Part shown: positions 1 through 10,152 of the stretch, piece by piece | Layout: each line of letters begins with the position of its first letter | Position numbering within the stretch: the first letter of the stretch is position 1 | Source of the DNA: Verrucomicrobiota bacterium | Lineage (GTDB): Bacteria > Verrucomicrobiota > Verrucomicrobiia > Opitutales > Cerasicoccaceae | Assembly (NCBI GenBank): GCA_039818205.1 | Contig: JBCBUK010000015.1 | Span: 1-64,000 of the forward strand | Direction: 5' to 3' | DNA: 64,000 nucleotides | Translations under genes and position numbers: made by a program | Notes under the pieces: model-generated | What the model was told of the DNA's origin: nothing | Seen by the model: only the letters and a program-made list of their open reading frames with translations | The model's database searches: none

Positions 1-80
1 GGTCATAGTGCCATTCCCAGTTAAAGTCACAACGCCGTCGATAAGGAGGGCTCCTAGAGGTCCGGATACTACGGTAACAG
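1..80 (-). pseudogene. Inverted fragment of the same repeat-protein family as the adjacent + strand gene
   Basis: Reverse complement reads VTVVSGPLGALLIDGVVTLTGNGTMT, matching the + strand repeat 'GVIQLVDDGSGYIGLDGEVTLNGSGAMT'; the + frame of the adjacent gene has stops at 22-24 and 55-57. Confidence 0.65.
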
Positions 81-2345
81 CGCTGGCCATACTGTAGATG
101 GCAAATTTGATATATTTGGTGTAGGCTTTGAGAATCACGGCCTCGTAGACGCCAATATTGCTGGACAAAGCGCCTTTGTCGGATTCTCTGGCGATGAGCA
201 AATTAACACTGGGACCCTACAAGCTAGTAACGGAGGGCTGCTTTCCATTGAAGCTCAGGCCCTGGATAATTCTGGAGGAACGATTCACGCAAGCGGAAAT
301 AACAGTGTTGTCTATATTTTCGACACCCTCAGTGGACAGAATACTATATTTGGAGGAACGCTCTCAACCGACGGCGGCAGCATTGAATTGTCGGATGCAA
401 CAATCAAGAACAGCCAACTGGATACGACTAGCGGCGGTTCATTCACGGCGCTGTCAGGAACCTTGGAATCCGTCAGTGTCGCGGGAAACATCATACTGAG
501 CGCGTCAACCAACCAGATACCCATTCTAAAGGGAACCATTCGAAATGACGGTGTCATTCAGCTCGTGGATGATGGCTCTGGTTACATTGGATTGGATGGC
601 GAAGTCACCCTGAATGGCTCGGGGGCCATGACCTTCGTGAGCTCGCATTTCCAATTCGATTATTACGCCAAGCAAAATAAGATCATCAATGAGGCAGGCC
701 ATACTCTAGACGGTCGGATCAGCATCGATATTCCTTTCGATAACCATGGACTGTTCGACGCCAATGCTTCTGGCGAATATTCCTATCTGTTAGCGCCTTA
801 TGCTCAAGACACTGATCAAAGCACCAACACCGGCGTCATCCAGGCGAGCAATGGCGCAATGCTCGCTTTTGAGCCTTGGAATATGGACAGTGCCGGCGGA
901 ACAATTCAGGCAGTAGGCGCCAATAGTATCGTCGATATTACAAGTAACGATGCATATATACCAGGTCTAGTTGGCGGCGAATTCCAAACCTCAGGCGGCG
1001 GTGTTATCAAAGCCTCCAGAACAACATTAAAAGGGTTTACCAATCATAATACCCTGGCAATTGAAAGCCGCTATGTTCCTAACCCCGCTTTTCCAGAAGG
1101 TCGCTACATTAACACAATAACTCGACTAGGCGGAGTCGTCACCAACAATGGTACAATATCTGTCGCACGTGTAAAAGAGGTTAACGACCCCTTCGAGCCC
1201 GGCGGAATCACCGTCGATGAAATCCTGACGCTGAACTCTAGTGGCGAACTCATTATCAAAGACGCCTTATTCCTATCAGGCCATTACGATTCAGATCAGC
1301 AGAGAAACGATTTTCTCATCAACTCAGCAAATCACACTGTTCGAGTGACGGACGGGGTAGCGGGTCTAGCAACCTACATAGGCCCGTATATCACAAACCA
1401 TGGAACCATGACCTTTGAGGCTGATGTAAACTGGGACCCTGAACTAGATTTTTCCTTGATCGGCAGCAACGGCATACAACCGAATACGGTGATCAACCAA
1501 GGGCTTATCCAAGTCCATAACGGCGCCCTGGTCACGGTGAAGAATACCGAAAAGCAATTCAATAACTCCAATGGCCTCGTAACCGCAACTGGTGCCGATT
1601 CGATCTTGTATGTAACCGACGATCGAACAACGTTTCACAAAATTGGCCTAGTTACTGGCGGTGAATTCGATGCCGACAACGGTGGGCGAGTGATCAATAA
1701 CGTTACGTTTCAGGACTTCACCAACTCGGGAATCTTTGAAAATACTCCCCTGGCAAGCCTACAGGGAATGATTCAGAACAACGGGGAGATTCTGATCAAC
1801 GATCCGTTTGATTGGGAGAACAACGACCCATTTGATTGGCACGGCGAAACACCTGACGGTAACCTGAGAGCATTGTCTTGTCCGACTATAGCACCGCGCC
1901 AATAACCGGCGGTTCCAGCCCAGAGATTGACTGGGCATGGTTGAACTTTGGTGATGTCGATCCCGCCACTGAAGCAACGGTTTGGGGTGATGACGCGAAC
2001 CCAGACTTTGATCAATTCTCCAACCTGGAGGAATACGGCTTCGTGTTGAGCCCAGGCGACGCCAACACGATCGAAGACCCAGTCACCTTGAGCGACACGG
2101 CTTCCAGCCCCACCGCCTTCCAACTGCGCGTGCGCCAACGTAAGACCTCCAGTGATCCCAACCTAGCGTATTTGGTTGAGATCTCCGAAACGCTCATCAA
2201 CGGATCCTGGTCCAGCACTGGCATCACTGAAGTGCCTCCAAGAGAATCGATCGACGCCGAGGCGGAATGGGTCACCTACAGTTTGCCCGATCACAACAAC
2301 GACCCACAATTCGTGCGCGTGAATGTGGGGCGGACAGGGCTTTGA
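58..2345 (+). pseudogene. Large Gly/Asn-rich beta-repeat surface protein with C-terminal module; 5'-truncated and frameshifted
   Basis: The frame of ORF 388-1905 is open back to 58 and repeats NxAGHTxDG...NHGLxDAN...NTGxxQASNG...GGTIxAxGxNS. ORF 1878-2345 supplies the C-terminus (DFDQFSNLEEYGF...YLVEISETL..W...FVRV). The frames join if one TTGTC copy at 1873-1882 is removed. Confidence 0.75.
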
Positions 2346-2410
2346 AGGCTACCCTAGAACCGGCGTTGTGAAGGCTCCATGCTCTTGAAGATGCAAGTAT
2401 TGCTCAACGG

Positions 2411-2929
2411 TTTGAGCTGCGGTATCGAGACGCAGCGCCATGGGCGATGGCTGCCGACGGTTTTGGGGCATCGCTCCAGCGGCGCGATTTTTCGGCTTTT
2501 GCCGACGATTTTACGAATTGGCCAGCAGCCTATCCGTCGGGCTCACCAGCCCCCGATACCGATGACGATGGGATCGCCGATTGGTGGGAACGATCTCGTG
2601 GTCTAAGTGTGGGCATTGACGACTCGTTACTCGACCCGGATTTTGATGGCTTTAATAACATTGCCGAACGGGCTGCGGGTACGGACCCGATGGACGGCGA
2701 TAGTTTCCTCGGGATCGATATCGAAACGGGCGCGGTGAATGTGATTATTCAGTTCACGGCAATCGCTGATATTGAATACCAGATTCAGTTCACGAGCGAT
2801 TTTACCCGGATTGACTGGCAGGATGGTAGCCTGATTCCAGCGGGTAGCCGGGACCGCATGATCTCGGTTTCGGAGCCGGTATCTGAAACCAAATTCTTTC
2901 GGGTCATTGCATTGGGAAGTCCCGAATAA
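2411..2929 (+). pseudogene. 5'-truncated remnant of a secreted protein: end of a lamin-tail-like domain plus C-terminal module
   Basis: In-frame YRDAAPWAMAADGFGASLQRR resembles the 'Y.D..PWP..ADG.G.SL.R' lamin-tail ending, then DTDDDGIADWWE...GTDP...YQIQFTSDF..W...KFFRV. No signal peptide; in-frame stop at 2369-2371. Confidence 0.6.
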
Positions 2930-3145
2930 TGGTTCGCAGGGATACGCTGAAGGTATCCTCTATCGAGCCGGTGAAAGCTTCTTTCGTAGGTTTCACCTTT
3001 GTCACTCGATCCCTCAAGGCTGAAGAAATAGGGATTCCATCATTAGCATTATGGCAGCCGTGGAGGATCTGAACTTTGGGGCCACAGGACGCGCTCGCTG
3101 ATTGGCCGCATTCTAGCGAGCCTACGAATTCTTTCCTTGGAAAGG

Positions 3146-3400
3146 CAGCTCTCATTCTTCTAGGCAACTTTGGCCAGCTGGATGAACTGCATGCAGCAGT
3201 TGGTGGTTCAATACCTGGTTGGGGAAAACGATCTTCTCGGCCCGACGAAGACATTATTGCGGCTACTGGCGCATTTCAGGACGAAATGAAAGAAATATGG
3301 GAGCTTGGATTGGATGTGGATTTCCTCCTCTACAGTCCGGCGGGTAGGGGTTTTGCAAATCACGTCTGCAAGGTCTTTGGGTAGGCAGCGTCCAGATCTG
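3146..3400 (+). mobile_element. Degraded N-terminal remnant of an integrase-core IS transposase
   Basis: QLSFF*ATLASWMNCMQQLVVQYLVGENDLL resembles the 'LAGWxNRxQQxVIEYLxEENRVL' start recalled for such transposases; internal stops, no catalytic domain. Confidence 0.4.
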
Positions 3401-3402
3401 GT

Positions 3403-3972
3403 TCACGGCTGGTCCCAAGCAGGCAGCTGATTCGGGTCGGATTGATTTCCCTGGATTCCATAATTGGGGTGTAGCCGAAGGTCGTCATCGGTATACGGGA
3501 TACCGTCGGCCCCGATGGTACGGATTTCCAGTAGCCCAGTGCCCAGGGGATGGATGATGTAGGCCTGCCCCCAGCGATCCGTCAGGATGCCGTTCTTGAA
3601 AACTGGCAGCTCGGGGTTGAGATATTCTAACCTCTCCGGATTGTCGCCCGTGAGGTAGGCGGAGAATTGTTCGTTTGTCGCAACATTCCGTGTATCCAGA
3701 TGTTTAAAGATCCGAGTAACGCCATCCATCACGCGGCCGATCAGTTTCAAATCGTGCACCGCATCATAGTCCGGATGCCCGTGGTCTTCCAGAAACGCAT
3801 CACCGGACGGCCCCGTGTAGGCTTCAACTGGTTCGGCAATGGCTACTGGCGCATTCACCGGAGGAGCGACCTCGTCCGGTTCGGGAGTTGAGGGCCGCAT
3901 CAGCAAGAAAACAGCAACTGCCATCCCGACCAACAGCAGCAATGCAACTATGATGGATCGCGACTTTTCCAT
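3403..3972 (-). CDS. Membrane-anchored hypothetical protein with GspG-like C-terminal motif
   Basis: N-terminal TM helix; DRWGQAY...IRTIGADG...TDDD; last gene of the DUF1800/DUF1501 operon. Confidence 0.65.
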   Translation of the reverse strand: MEKSRSIIVALLLLVGMAVAVFLLMRPSTPEPDEVAPPVNAPVAIAEPVEAYTGPSGDAFLEDHGHPDYDAVHDLKLIGRVMDGVTRIFKHLDTRNVATNEQFSAYLTGDNPERLEYLNPELPVFKNGILTDRWGQAYIIHPLGTGLLEIRTIGADGIPYTDDDLRLHPNYGIQGNQSDPNQLPAWDQP

Positions 3973-3986
3973 CCTAGTTACGCTGC

Positions 3987-5420
3987 TCAGATTGTTGCCG
4001 GAGGAATAAATCCGATATCTGGTTCAGTCGAAAAGTTGCTGAGGTTCGGTAGCACCATGCCCATATCTGACGGTGAGACACCGAACCAGAGCGACATTTC
4101 CTCGTAGAATTTATCGACCGACGTGCTGGGCAACATGCGTCCGCCAAATCCAATGTCGTCAGCTCCGTTTATCGACAGATCCGGGAAAGTACCAAAGACT
4201 TTTCCGCCGTCAATTGGACCTCCCCACACCATCTGATTACCACCCCAGGCGTGGTCGGTGCCGCGACCATTCGAGCGCAGCGTACGGCCAAAATCAGAGG
4301 CGGTATAGCTGATGACATCATTGGCTACGCCAAAAGATTCCAGAGCCTGCTGGTAGGCAGCGATTGCTGGCGAAATTTCAGCCAACATGGCGGCTTGAGT
4401 ATCCAGCAGTTCTCCGTGATGGTCCCACCCACCGCGTTGGATGAAAATCGTGCTGCGGCGCAGACCCAGTTGCTCGCGCGCTTTGATCGTCTTGGCGGCA
4501 GCTAGCAATTGTTGGGCAAAGCCTGAACTGGGAAAGAGTGGTGCAATTGCTGAATCATCAATGCTTTCGTAAACGGAATCAAAGGCTGCCTGTGCGTCAT
4601 GGCTGTTCTTGACATGCTTCGCAAAGGAATCCTGCATCAGATTGTTGTAGGTGTTGTTTAGCAGGCCATCAACGCCGAGGTTCTTGCGGGCCTCGGTACT
4701 ACCGGTCCCGGCATTTGGGCCCGTAGGCAAGAGGGCTCCGTTTTGAGTGATGGCAAACTGTAACGTTTCATTACCAATCTGGAATACATTGTTCCCGGCC
4801 AATGAAATCGACATGGAGGTCGCACCAGTGTTGAGATTCGAATGCAGCACATCTGCCATGCGACCCGCCCAGCCCGTCAGTTCAGACAGCCCTTGTGGCA
4901 CGGATGTCTGCCACTGGTTAATCTGATCGATATGGGAAAAGAGCGATTTAGGCAATGGCACACCTCCGCTGGTGTATTGCTGCATGGTGGTGGGCACTAC
5001 CAGTGTTCCAATGTTACTGATGAAGGAAAGTCTTCGTCCAGAGCCGGAAAACGCGCCCGTGCCATTAAACATGTCTGCTAAACCCTGACAGCTTGGGTGC
5101 AGTCCATACTGATTACCGTCCCCGGAACCTGCTTGGGTGAGGGGGAGCAGTGTTCCGGATGCTAATGCCAGATTGGAACGCGAGTTGGAGTACTCAGAAT
5201 ATCCGCTGCTATCGCGACGCACCAGCAGATTGAAGCTATCAATCCCGCCTGCCAGCAGGATGCAAACGATGGTCTTGCAATCACCGCCGATCGATAGGTT
5301 GGCAGCAGCAGCCTGATTCGCCAGCTTGAGGTTGAGCAGACTGGAAATCACTGAAATAGAACCAATCCCGGCGCATGAGGCCTCTCCTATAAATTTTCGA
5401 CGTGTAAGGTTTCTGGGCAT
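3987..5420 (-). CDS. DUF1501 family Tat-exported protein
   Basis: TRRKFI Tat motif; LAGGIDSFN, GGWDHH, SDFGRTL..NG.GTDHAWGG motifs; adjacent to DUF1800. Confidence 0.9.
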   Translation of the reverse strand: MPRNLTRRKFIGEASCAGIGSISVISSLLNLKLANQAAAANLSIGGDCKTIVCILLAGGIDSFNLLVRRDSSGYSEYSNSRSNLALASGTLLPLTQAGSGDGNQYGLHPSCQGLADMFNGTGAFSGSGRRLSFISNIGTLVVPTTMQQYTSGGVPLPKSLFSHIDQINQWQTSVPQGLSELTGWAGRMADVLHSNLNTGATSMSISLAGNNVFQIGNETLQFAITQNGALLPTGPNAGTGSTEARKNLGVDGLLNNTYNNLMQDSFAKHVKNSHDAQAAFDSVYESIDDSAIAPLFPSSGFAQQLLAAAKTIKAREQLGLRRSTIFIQRGGWDHHGELLDTQAAMLAEISPAIAAYQQALESFGVANDVISYTASDFGRTLRSNGRGTDHAWGGNQMVWGGPIDGGKVFGTFPDLSINGADDIGFGGRMLPSTSVDKFYEEMSLWFGVSPSDMGMVLPNLSNFSTEPDIGFIPPATI

Positions 5421-5439
5421 TGTGTAATCAAGGTTGGAA

Positions 5440-8253
5440 TTATTTCAGACAAGATCCTTCCGGTGCGACCAAAACCAGGTAGGCCGCGAGTCGAGCCCTT
5501 TCCGTCATGTTGGATTCTGCAGCCAAAGCGGTCGTGATTGCGCTTCGACTGTCAGCACCCAAAGTGCCAGCGCAGTAAAGCAGCGAAAGGTGGTCCAGCA
5601 GAGCCGGGATATCATTGGCGAGAGCAACTAGCTCTGCGAGGTCTTCGGATTGTTCTCCATAGTAGTTATTACCGTTCGGGTGTTTGAATCCGACATTACA
5701 CATTCGCCACATCCAATTTGGAAAGGAGATGGAAGAGTAGGAGTTCACAATACCGAATGCAGGTGAATCCAGTTGATTCTCAGCCAGCGCTCCAAAAAGA
5801 CGGAAATCCGGCCGATAATAGTTGAAGACTGTCGGTGAGTGCATCGCCTCCTGTAGTGTTTCCAACTTGTGATTGCCCCAATCCCAGGCCAGCAGATTCT
5901 GGTGCCGATCCAATTTCAACATTCGACCCAGATGAATATACCGCAGGAGAGGTTCACGTAGTTGGCCAAAATACGGGGTGGACAGGTGCTGCATCGGATC
6001 ACGTGCCTCTTCGTCCAGGTAAATTGCGCGGACCACGGCCTCAAGATCGCCAGTTACGCCTGAACCGTTGTCGACAAATACCGATGAAACTCGTTGCACG
6101 TAGGCCGGAGAAGGATTGGAAGTAATAAGAAATTGGATCAACTGGCGACAGATGAACGGTGCCGTGTTGGGATGCCGCACCAGATGGCCGACCGAATCCA
6201 CCACATCCTGCATGGCATTGGCATTGGAGGAACTGCGGGCGGGAATCGTATGGTAGGCTCCATTACCCGCCACAACTAGTTTGGACCCAAAATCATGCTC
6301 CGAAGCATAGGCCTTCATCGGAGTGATCATCCACTGGTCGTTACTATCGCCGTCATCGCGCCAGCCTGATGAAAAGGAAGTATTGGAACTGGTGATCGAG
6401 GCATAGCCCATACCGGTAAATACTCGGGCCAGTTCGGTAATTTCGAAATTTCCGTAGGTCGGAATCGGCTCACCCTGATCATCCAGTTTTTGAGTTCCAT
6501 CTGGGTTCAACTCCCACAGCCCGATGGCAAAGAGCTGCATGATTTCCCTGGCATAGTTTTCGTCCGGATAGCGCTCAATGGATGGGTCTGCCTTTCGATT
6601 ACCAAGATGACTGAGGTAGTGCCCCATATATGGACTAAGCGAGACTTCTAGTAAGAGGTCCTCGAAATTTCCGAAGGCATACTCGATCATGAGATCATAG
6701 TACGCTGCTGTAGCTCGCGGTTGATTCGCCAGGCCAGTCCCACCTCGGGATGCGACCAGAATCTGGCTGAGCGCAAAGGCCACGCGTTGACGCAATTGGT
6801 CATCCGCCTGCAATGCAACTCGAGTCCAGGCCGTTAGATAGTTTGGCCCACCCACATAGGGGCTGCCTCCTCCTCCGCCATTGATCTGATAGCCATCGAG
6901 CGAGGAGTTACTTTGTCCGTTCTCAAAATCAGCCTTAATCGCATCGATATACGTTCTGGTGCGTGTCTCGGGAAGTGCGATTTGCTCATCCATCCAGGCT
7001 TCAGCACCAATTGCGGCGACGTAGTTCACTTCGTTCATGGAAGCCGGGCCAAATGTGCCTTGTAAGAGCAGGCGTGCGGCCTGAGCTTTGGTCAGCTGTT
7101 CGCCCGGATCCGACCGACGATATATCTCGTTGAAAGCAGCAAGGTCCCCACTGAGGTTGGTGTCCGGAATATCGTCATCATCCGTATCATAAGACTTTGG
7201 TTGGGAAACAGAATTGCTGTTGCCGGGGGAATTCGAGAATCCGAGCAGCGGCTCAATCCAGTCCGGAACACCATCGTTGTCCTGATCATTCTCCGAATTG
7301 GCGACATCAAAAAATTCGGCGGGCTGCGAGATCGGCACGGTCAGCTCCCAACGGTCTCCGATGGCCACGGGAGTTCCTGATATGTTGGATAAAGACGCTT
7401 TGTTCAGGTCGCTGAACTTACGGGGTGTACCCGGTCTGTTGTCGAGGCGATTCCAGGACAGAATCACGGTGTCTCCCACTCCTCGCCTGATCTGAAGATC
7501 GGGACGACTATCGGGTTCAAAGGGATTGGTGCCGAATCCTGCTTCCGTTCCGTTGGCGACGCCATCGCCATCGGAATCCGCTGATGGATCTAGCCCCCAG
7601 GCTTGGTATATCGACTCCCAAAGATCCGGCAGACCATTTTGGTCGCGATCCTCCGCGGTGGGATTGGTCGTCAATCCGTGGGGAGGGAGCGCATTGATCT
7701 GGGTCTGATAGTTTACCGTTAGTATTGGTGCCGAGGCGCTCTCGCTGGAGCCAAACGCAGTATCGTTGCCTCCGGAATCCATTTGGACAATAACCGTGTA
7801 GGTTCCATTACCGGTGACCAATGAGCTGACATCAATGTTTATCGTCTGTCCATTACCGATACTGCCACTTCGAACGCCGACTTGATTCTGGGTAGTGGGA
7901 GCATTGCCAGATGTAATGCTGCTTTCCGTCCAACTTGTATTGGTGCTGTTGTAGAAACGAAGGGTTCCGCTACCGGTGTCCACCGATTCGGTCAAACTGA
8001 GACTCGAGCTGGTAACCGGGCTGCCCTCAGGGATTCCCGATACCACGAATTTCATATAGATAACCCGATCTCTGCTGTTACTGTTTTCGACGCGGAGCGC
8101 CGAATTATTAACTACGGAGCCGTTTTCGATATAGACATCCTCAGTAGGAGTAAATGGGGACGACTGGGGCAATGCGTTCAAATGAAGCTGCCCGAACAAC
8201 ACCAAGAAGCCGACCAAGATACCGATCCGAAATTGCAAAGCACCATATTTCAT
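5440..8253 (-). CDS. DUF1800 family protein with N-terminal DNRLRE/CBM96-like domain and Asp-rich Ca-binding repeats
   Basis: AARLLLQGTFG, DQLRQRVAFALSQILV, PDENYAREIMQLFAIGL, HPNTAPFI motifs; signal peptide from ATG 8253 (ORF track starts at 8280). Confidence 0.9.
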   Translation of the reverse strand: MKYGALQFRIGILVGFLVLFGQLHLNALPQSSPFTPTEDVYIENGSVVNNSALRVENSNSRDRVIYMKFVVSGIPEGSPVTSSSLSLTESVDTGSGTLRFYNSTNTSWTESSITSGNAPTTQNQVGVRSGSIGNGQTINIDVSSLVTGNGTYTVIVQMDSGGNDTAFGSSESASAPILTVNYQTQINALPPHGLTTNPTAEDRDQNGLPDLWESIYQAWGLDPSADSDGDGVANGTEAGFGTNPFEPDSRPDLQIRRGVGDTVILSWNRLDNRPGTPRKFSDLNKASLSNISGTPVAIGDRWELTVPISQPAEFFDVANSENDQDNDGVPDWIEPLLGFSNSPGNSNSVSQPKSYDTDDDDIPDTNLSGDLAAFNEIYRRSDPGEQLTKAQAARLLLQGTFGPASMNEVNYVAAIGAEAWMDEQIALPETRTRTYIDAIKADFENGQSNSSLDGYQINGGGGGSPYVGGPNYLTAWTRVALQADDQLRQRVAFALSQILVASRGGTGLANQPRATAAYYDLMIEYAFGNFEDLLLEVSLSPYMGHYLSHLGNRKADPSIERYPDENYAREIMQLFAIGLWELNPDGTQKLDDQGEPIPTYGNFEITELARVFTGMGYASITSSNTSFSSGWRDDGDSNDQWMITPMKAYASEHDFGSKLVVAGNGAYHTIPARSSSNANAMQDVVDSVGHLVRHPNTAPFICRQLIQFLITSNPSPAYVQRVSSVFVDNGSGVTGDLEAVVRAIYLDEEARDPMQHLSTPYFGQLREPLLRYIHLGRMLKLDRHQNLLAWDWGNHKLETLQEAMHSPTVFNYYRPDFRLFGALAENQLDSPAFGIVNSYSSISFPNWMWRMCNVGFKHPNGNNYYGEQSEDLAELVALANDIPALLDHLSLLYCAGTLGADSRSAITTALAAESNMTERARLAAYLVLVAPEGSCLK

Positions 8254-9052
8254 CGTTATTACCTTTTCGTGAGACTGCAAAAATCAAGATCTACCCGTAG
8301 CGGGTATACAAGGGGTTAGATTGCAACTTACCGTATATTACGACGCTAGGCCGATTATTAGTCACTTTTTTTGATAAATTAGAAAAATTTATCAACTTTT
8401 AGAAAATTTTTACAGATTTCGGGTCACTTATAAGGCATTTATTGAGCATTTATGCGATTGGCAGCGTGGATGGTTGTTCCAGAAATCGGCAATCGATCGA
8501 GTTTCTCCGGACGGTCATGGTGAAGGAATGAGCAGTTTGCTCTCTACCCAATGGCCAGATCGATTGGACTATTGAGCGCTTCTACGGTAGTGACTTCAAC
8601 GAAAACGGCGTCTTGTTTTTGGAGGATCTAGACGACACAGATCCCGAAGTTCAAGGTAGTACCAGGGTGGTTACTTTTCCCGGGCAACGGAGTGGGACGT
8701 AGGCGCATCAGTTTCCGACTATGACACAGATCAACGAACGAACCTTCGGACCATTGTTTTCATCGGATTTGGGGAGACTATCGACCGTCTTTGAATATAG
8801 CTGGCTCTATTTCACACACCGAATGCCTGGCAAAATGCACATCCAAAGTTTTGCCAGTTCAAACAATCAATCCGGGATGCGCACCTACTAGCACTAGCAA
8901 GACCATTTCGGAGCGGTGTTTGGTTATCGCTTTGAGACTTAGTTTACGTGTTTGGCTGAAGCATTTCCTTTTAGGAAGAGAAGCGCCCAAACCACAAACT
9001 GGAAAGGGCGCTCTCTGATAGCTCTATGGTTCAAACCGAGTCAGCACTAGGC

Positions 9053-9913
9053 TTACGGAATGTGGGTTTCGACCCAATCAACATAGTAGGATGGATAGTT
9101 GCCGGGTGCTGGCAAATGGGAGACGTGAGGCGACGACGTAAAGAGCATCTCCATCCCGGTATCAACCCGCGTGATGCTTGAAGTGTGTTCCAGGGTGCCA
9201 TTGATATAGAATTTCGCCTGAGTATTTCGGGTCGTTCTTGCCGCCCAATGAGTCCAGTTAGTTACGCGTGCCATTGCCCAATTGTGCTCCCATGCCGGCA
9301 TATTCCAAGAAGCCCATCGTCTTTGGCTTAGCTGGCTTGGGTTGGTTCCCTTCTCGACGTGGGAGTGGTCTAATTCATTGGATTGGTATTGCATGATGTC
9401 GAGCTCGTCACCGTTCCATCGGTCGGTCCAGAAAGTTGGCCAAATATCAGCAAACTTCCATTGTACTTTCGAGTAGCATTGGAATTGCCCCTCAGTTAGC
9501 CAATCAGCTTTTGATGCCAAGACGCCACCCGAATAGTCAAACGTTGCGTTGGCTTTGATCTTCGGATTCCACTCGGTGATGGGGGATGAATGATGCCAAT
9601 TGATAATGCGCATCGTCGAGCCGTCCATAACAACGTTTTGGGTACGGAATCGAGTCCAGGTTTGCTGTCCATTCTTGCGCGTCGATCGCTCCCAATCGTA
9701 GAAGCCGTGGAAGTTTTCCCACTGCCATCCGAGGTTGGTGTCGTTGAAGTTATCAGTAGCCCAGTTGTAGCTAGTCCATCCGCTCGGAACTCCGAGTTTC
9801 GGCTGTGCTTGAACGTAGACCGGTGCGGCTGTGAGTAGGCATAGCAAAGCCATGCGCTTGAACGCAGAAGGCTTAGCCATGACCTTCATTGAGGGTATGT
9901 TTTTCGTTTCCAT
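9053..9913 (-). CDS. Secreted GH16-like glycoside hydrolase with variant catalytic motif (ELDIMQ)
   Basis: Signal peptide; TDNFN, YSGG, WPTFW..DELDIMQ, FYINGT and YYVDWVE match GH16 layout. Confidence 0.7.
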   Translation of the reverse strand: METKNIPSMKVMAKPSAFKRMALLCLLTAAPVYVQAQPKLGVPSGWTSYNWATDNFNDTNLGWQWENFHGFYDWERSTRKNGQQTWTRFRTQNVVMDGSTMRIINWHHSSPITEWNPKIKANATFDYSGGVLASKADWLTEGQFQCYSKVQWKFADIWPTFWTDRWNGDELDIMQYQSNELDHSHVEKGTNPSQLSQRRWASWNMPAWEHNWAMARVTNWTHWAARTTRNTQAKFYINGTLEHTSSITRVDTGMEMLFTSSPHVSHLPAPGNYPSYYVDWVETHIP

Positions 9914-10152
9914 ATTTATTGGGTACGCCTTGGACTACCCCATCGGGGTACGAGAATATTGGTCTACTGCCAACATCTTCGCCGCGTTAACGGGTGATTG
10001 GGGTAATTGGGGCAATTATTAGGGATGATTTTGAGTAACCGCAGACGAAGACATATTGAATCGTCCGTAGTTTCAGTTTACCTGAGATCGTCTAGTCGCA
10101 CAATTGACATTAATCCTAAAAAGTTGTCAGTATTGCGCATCGTTCTTCCCAT

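Noticed and set aside
3076..3384. 102-aa ORF as a real gene
   Set aside because: TTG start, no motifs, and a different frame better matches a transposase remnant
8977..9016. Terminator for the GH16-like gene
   Set aside because: AGCGCCC/GGGCGCT stem has a 17-nt loop and only a weak U-tract
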